A DNA stretch of 63,835 nucleotides, the filler included, from Perkinsus chesapeaki ATCC PRA-425 (Eukaryota > Protista > Perkinsozoa), in NCBI GenBank assembly GCA_013115145.1. It is 13 parts of 13 records of this genome, joined end to end, with 100 filler letters (N's around TTAATTAATTAA, not from the genome) between each part and the next. Parts side by side here need not be neighbours in the genome. Positions count along the whole stretch, not along the records: positions 58,386 to 61,975 come from JAAPAO010001386.1; positions 62,076 to 63,835 come from JAAPAO010001798.1; 11 more parts are not named here. One strand, written 5' to 3'. The number at the start of each line of letters is the position of its first letter. Position 1 is the stretch's first letter. Position numbers and translations under genes: made by a program. Below are positions 59,860 through 63,835 of this stretch, piece after piece. The notes below the pieces were generated by a model. The model made no database searches, was not told where the DNA came from, and worked only from the letters and a program-made list of their open reading frames with translations.

Positions 59860-61490
59860 CACCTACCTGATGAATTTGAAATTACTAAACGAGAATCTTA
59901 ACATAAATTTCGCTCGCCTGTCGAAATAGAAGTTACTATTGTCGAAATAGGCGTTGAAAAGGTGTATCGCTTCCTGTAAGTCATCAGCGGCATTCAGTCT
60001 CATAAGAGAGCACCGACTGTTTCGATAGCACTGAATACTCGGCATGCTTCGGCCTCTTTAGGAAGTTCCTCAAGCTCAGCTCTGGCCTCACCGATTTTCG
60101 ACAAGATCTTCTTACAGTCCTTACCAGTGAATCCCATGACATTCGTCTTCTCCAACATGCTTCCGGGAATGAGCTTTGTAGGAGTAACATTTATCTTGCC
60201 CTCCAACACCGCTTCTAGTTTTTCGCGGGACGCTCCACAACGGATAATTTGGTCGAAAACATTTCAGCATAGACCCATCAAGATATGAAGCCACGGAAGT
60301 AGATTGGAGCCACTTTCAACTAATGGTTTGAACTTCTGGCCATTAACGTGAGAAGGAGGTCGTTTTAGACGCCTAATACTTGAGTGATACGCCTGAGTAC
60401 TCATCAGCCCACTTGCTTGCATGGCATGGGAGCATTGCTCCCAGCGATCCTCCGCGGCTTGGAGCTCGTAAAGGTGACGGCCCCACATGCCCAGCATGCA
60501 GTAGACGAGGTTCCAACCAGGAGCTGCAGTTGCTTGTTGTCACCACTGAACCATAACCGAAATCTCCCAGCAAGGCAATTAATATCTTTGATGCCTGCTT
60601 TCCTTCTCGCGGTGCAGTGCAATATGCAGACCCATGACCTTCCGAAAGGCCGTAAGGCCTCACAACCACTTTGAGAGAGCCTCCACCGTAATCTAAGCCA
60701 ACTATTAATCCCGGAGTTTCCTCAGTGCTGCTGCAACTGCTTGATAGACCAAAAAAAAATCGTATACAAAATCTACCATATTCTTCTCCACGGCACCGCT
60801 CCCCTTCTCTTCAAACGCGTTTCTCTACTCCTTAATAGAAGACTGTATTGCTCTCCATGAAGGAAATACCCGTTTGCCACATTCTCGGTTCACACCTGTC
60901 GCCAAGGATTGCAGCTTCCGCTGCGATAACCGGAGATCGGAAGCGTAGTTCTTAGGCTAAGAATCTTAGCCCGATTTATCTTGCTATCTAGGGCTTGTGT
61001 TGTAGGCTCCGGCTGCGACTGCGTCTCCGTGGCCGCTGCCTGGGAAGTCTTCAGAAGGTGCAGCACGCCTTCTTGCTCAGCCACCTTCTCGAAATAACGA
61101 GCCTTGTCATGCTGGTTCAGGAAATGAAGGGATCGAAAGTCGTTAAGCAGATCACTGTCAGGTGGTAGAGAAACAAGATCAAGAATCCTCTCCTGATCCT
61201 CTCCTGCGCTTCTTCCTACCACCAATCAACACCTTCGGCCCGAAGGCCCGATGCATGGCACATCAGTGCCATCATGCATGGCACTGCCATGCATAAGGAA
61301 TGAACCCTCGTGGGGTATACTTTTCCATCCATGATACAGCCCCGGTGTTGAGCCCAACCACGCATGTAGGACAAATTCCCCCTTCACTAAAGGTCTTCGG
61401 AGAGAATCCAAGAACATTCAAAACGAGCTTGCGACGCTGCTCGGCAGGCGTGCATGATGACGTTGCGAACCCACACAAGTAGCAGGTGTT
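59860..61490 (-). pseudogene. Chapaev/Transib(RAG1)-like DDE transposase remnant
   Basis: Fragments in order: CYLC-x32-ICPTC, IVGLDYGGGSLKV, FSGDNKQLQLLVG...CWAC, PWLHILMGL and FTGKDCKKIL; broken by stops, frameshifts or introns. Confidence 0.65.
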
Positions 61491-61975
61491 CTTATAAGCA
61501 ATTCTGTAAAGAACTGACAGCTAGCACTCAGTCGACTGCATTACTTGCGACTCGCATGAAGATCTGAGGTCAGGTGGTTCAATGGTGCGAAATTGCTACA
61601 ACGGGGCAAGAGAGCAAGAGAGCCCTAGCGAGTAATCAGCACACAGGTCGAGTTAGAGCCTAAAATTTGGGAGATCTACGTTTTGGGTCATGCTCTACAA
61701 TGGCTTTTTTTCTCGGGGCACTTTGTGTTTTGGTACCACCGTGCGAGCGTGCCACACTCGTGGCACGAGTGTAGTGCGAACTTCAGCCGATAGAGAAGGC
61801 CAGCGTCAGTGACGCTGCGTCACTGGCAGTGACTCGCTGCCAGTAACTCACTAGCCTAGTTGCTTCACTATGAAGCTCCCATTGTTGCAGGCTGTAACTT
61901 ACAGCAGTCTGCGCTTACGGTTACGGCGTAACCTGAGAGAACAATGCTATTATTCACCCGATGTCATCGGGGAAT

Positions 61976-62075
61976 NNNNNNNNNNNNNNNNNNNNNNNNN
62001 NNNNNNNNNNNNNNNNNNNTTAATTAATTAANNNNNNNNNNNNNNNNNNNNNNNNNNNNNNNNNNNNNNNNNNNN
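61976..62075. other. Artificial contig linker
   Basis: N44-TTAATTAATTAA-N44. Confidence 0.98.
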
Positions 62076-63109
62076 AAGTTTCTTGTGCTTTGCTCGTGCT
62101 GGAAGTAGACAAAGTTGAACTCCCAGTCAGGTAGTTTATCCACCACTTGGCATGGGATGGTATATCCTTCGATGGCATCTTCGACCGAAATCTTGGTCAA
62201 AGAGTGTCCTGTCCCTTTGAGAGCATCATTCACAGCCTTGATATATCTAGATTGTAAGTCCTCATCTCTGACGTAAATCAGCGGTGCCCCGGAAACGATA
62301 CCACAGAATGGGGCAACGGGTTCGTCAATGCTCCATCCGGCACGGGCATATAGTGTCTGGGAAGTCCCGCCAAAGTTGGAATATACTGAATCAGTCGAAC
62401 CCATAAAATGACTTTGGCGAGTATCCTGGAAGAGCTTCCTAAGATCCTCGTGGAAGTCAAATGAATTGTCTACTCGGAAGCCCTCCTTGTCGTAGTCGAG
62501 ACCATATGTTACCCTTCCCGGTGGACCAAGCGGAGAGTCTGCCGAGAAAATGCCAAATGCAGGACGTCCAACAAGCTGGTTTGGCGCACCATAGAGTTGC
62601 TCGAAGAATAGCCCTTCGGCGGTGCTTTCCTTCCCTTGTACGCCAGCAAAGCCAAGACCAAACCTAGTGTCAACAGGGCTCTCAACTCCCGGTCTTTTGT
62701 CATCAGGCTTCAAGTATACGATATGCTGTAGATTCGTACGCTTCGTTTTGTTACCATCGAACGATACTTCAGCGGTAGTATCAGCAGACCGTTGGTCATA
62801 ACCATAGTACCCAAGATAAGGCGCTGCAGTAATTGGAGCTTGAGGGCAACTATCATAACAGTTGTAACACTTTTCGCCCGAGCAAGTGCGCTCGTGGCCA
62901 AAGGCTCCTGGGGGTGGCTGATGGGTATAAAGCCTTACCGAAGGGACACCGGTATCGACAGTCCCAAGAACAACCTGGCCGTCGAACATGATGGTCGAAC
63001 GGAAATCATAGGTTAAAGGCAAGGTTACTTGACTATCTACCAGCAGCATCAATGTCGAACCACATAAAAGATACCAACACAAGGCGGTAGAGTAAAATGA
63101 ACATTCCAT
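62076..63109 (-). CDS. Secreted pepsin-like aspartyl protease family protein, 3' end cut by linker
   Basis: Hydrophobic N-terminus, VDTG, FGLGF, FGIF, GRVTYG and YTIPC...LPDW.F; the second-lobe motif reads IVSG. Confidence 0.75.
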
Positions 63110-63835
63110 TGAAGGTAGGACTAAAGTTAAGAACTGAAAAGGAGTGCACTTTGTCCTGTTCGAATTGTAAATCGAAGTTCACGGTAAACTGTTTACCAGT
63201 GGTGAGTCACCACGAAGTTTCGGGATTTTATCACGGGGAGGTGAGTCGCGTCGCGACTGTCGCGGAGAGCTGTAATATCCAAGTCTCCATTCAACATGCG
63301 TCGGCCCCCTATTCGGCCATCGGTGTTCCTGCGACAGCAGCTGCCGGACAGCGCCACATGGGCGTAGCCCATTGGGCTAGCATGCCATATACTAGTGATT
63401 TGCATCTTGCAGGGGTCAAGGTCGTTCATACTCAGAAAACACGGTACAATGCGGGGTACGCGCATCACAGCCTTGTGACGCGAAATCCTTCTGTAGCCAT
63501 AGCGGGATCAAGCCACTCGTTTTCTGGTGCAAACCCAACAGTCGGGATATTAAACGAAGAAGGATTAACCACCAGAAAATGTCAGCTTAGTACTATAAAG
63601 AGATACAGCGGGCACGAGACAATCACACCTACTCGACTGAACTCATGAAACGCCTCAAAAAGTAGTACTACTTGAGCGAAAAATCATCCTGCGGGGGTCC
63701 CTTCATCCAAGGCGCGTGTTCCTTCCGGAACGACGCGGTGGGCAAGCGCTTCCCAGCACCGCCCAGTGTGAAGGAAAGCATCGAAATACCAAAGTTAAGA
63801 AAAGTCTAGCTATTAGCAAAAAAGGTGGAGCATCC

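Noticed and set aside
63097-63648. 183-aa ORF divergent from the aspartyl protease gene
   Set aside because: No recognisable motif; it overlaps the protease start and its likely upstream region.

Overview
This is eukaryotic DNA, most likely the alveolate parasite Perkinsus. That call is an inference from short GT-AG introns, a standard genetic code, and Cys-rich secreted and pepsin-like gene families. The window is 13 segments joined by twelve identical 100-nt linkers (N44-TTAATTAATTAA-N44), so adjacency across linkers is unverified. It is rich in mobile elements: (1) an apparently intact LTR retrotransposon (74-4924; 150-bp LTRs, GTAT TSD, PBS, PPT, -1 gag/pol slippery site); (2) an APE-type non-LTR element inserted in a secreted Cys-rich gene; (3) a PIF1-helicase/GIY-YIG fusion fragment; (4) a Dada-type DNA transposon lying between the two halves of a tRNA-Pro gene; (5) an LTR integrase fragment; (6) two MULE transposases; (7) a DIRS/Ngaro-like tyrosine-recombinase retrotransposon; (8) a second non-LTR ORF1; and (9) a Chapaev/Transib-like transposase remnant. 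Host genes include an S28 serine peptidase, a NEK pseudogene, MRI1, delta-tubulin, a Mei2-like RRM protein, a tandem pair of unknown multi-exon genes, tRNA-Pro(AGG) and two aspartyl-protease-like fragments. The most notable observations are the tRNA-Pro-targeted Dada element and a large excess of perfect inverted repeats with a single central base (at least 12 with arms of 9-19 bp, against about 0.2-0.3 expected by chance). All family assignments come from motif recognition by eye; no database searches were run.
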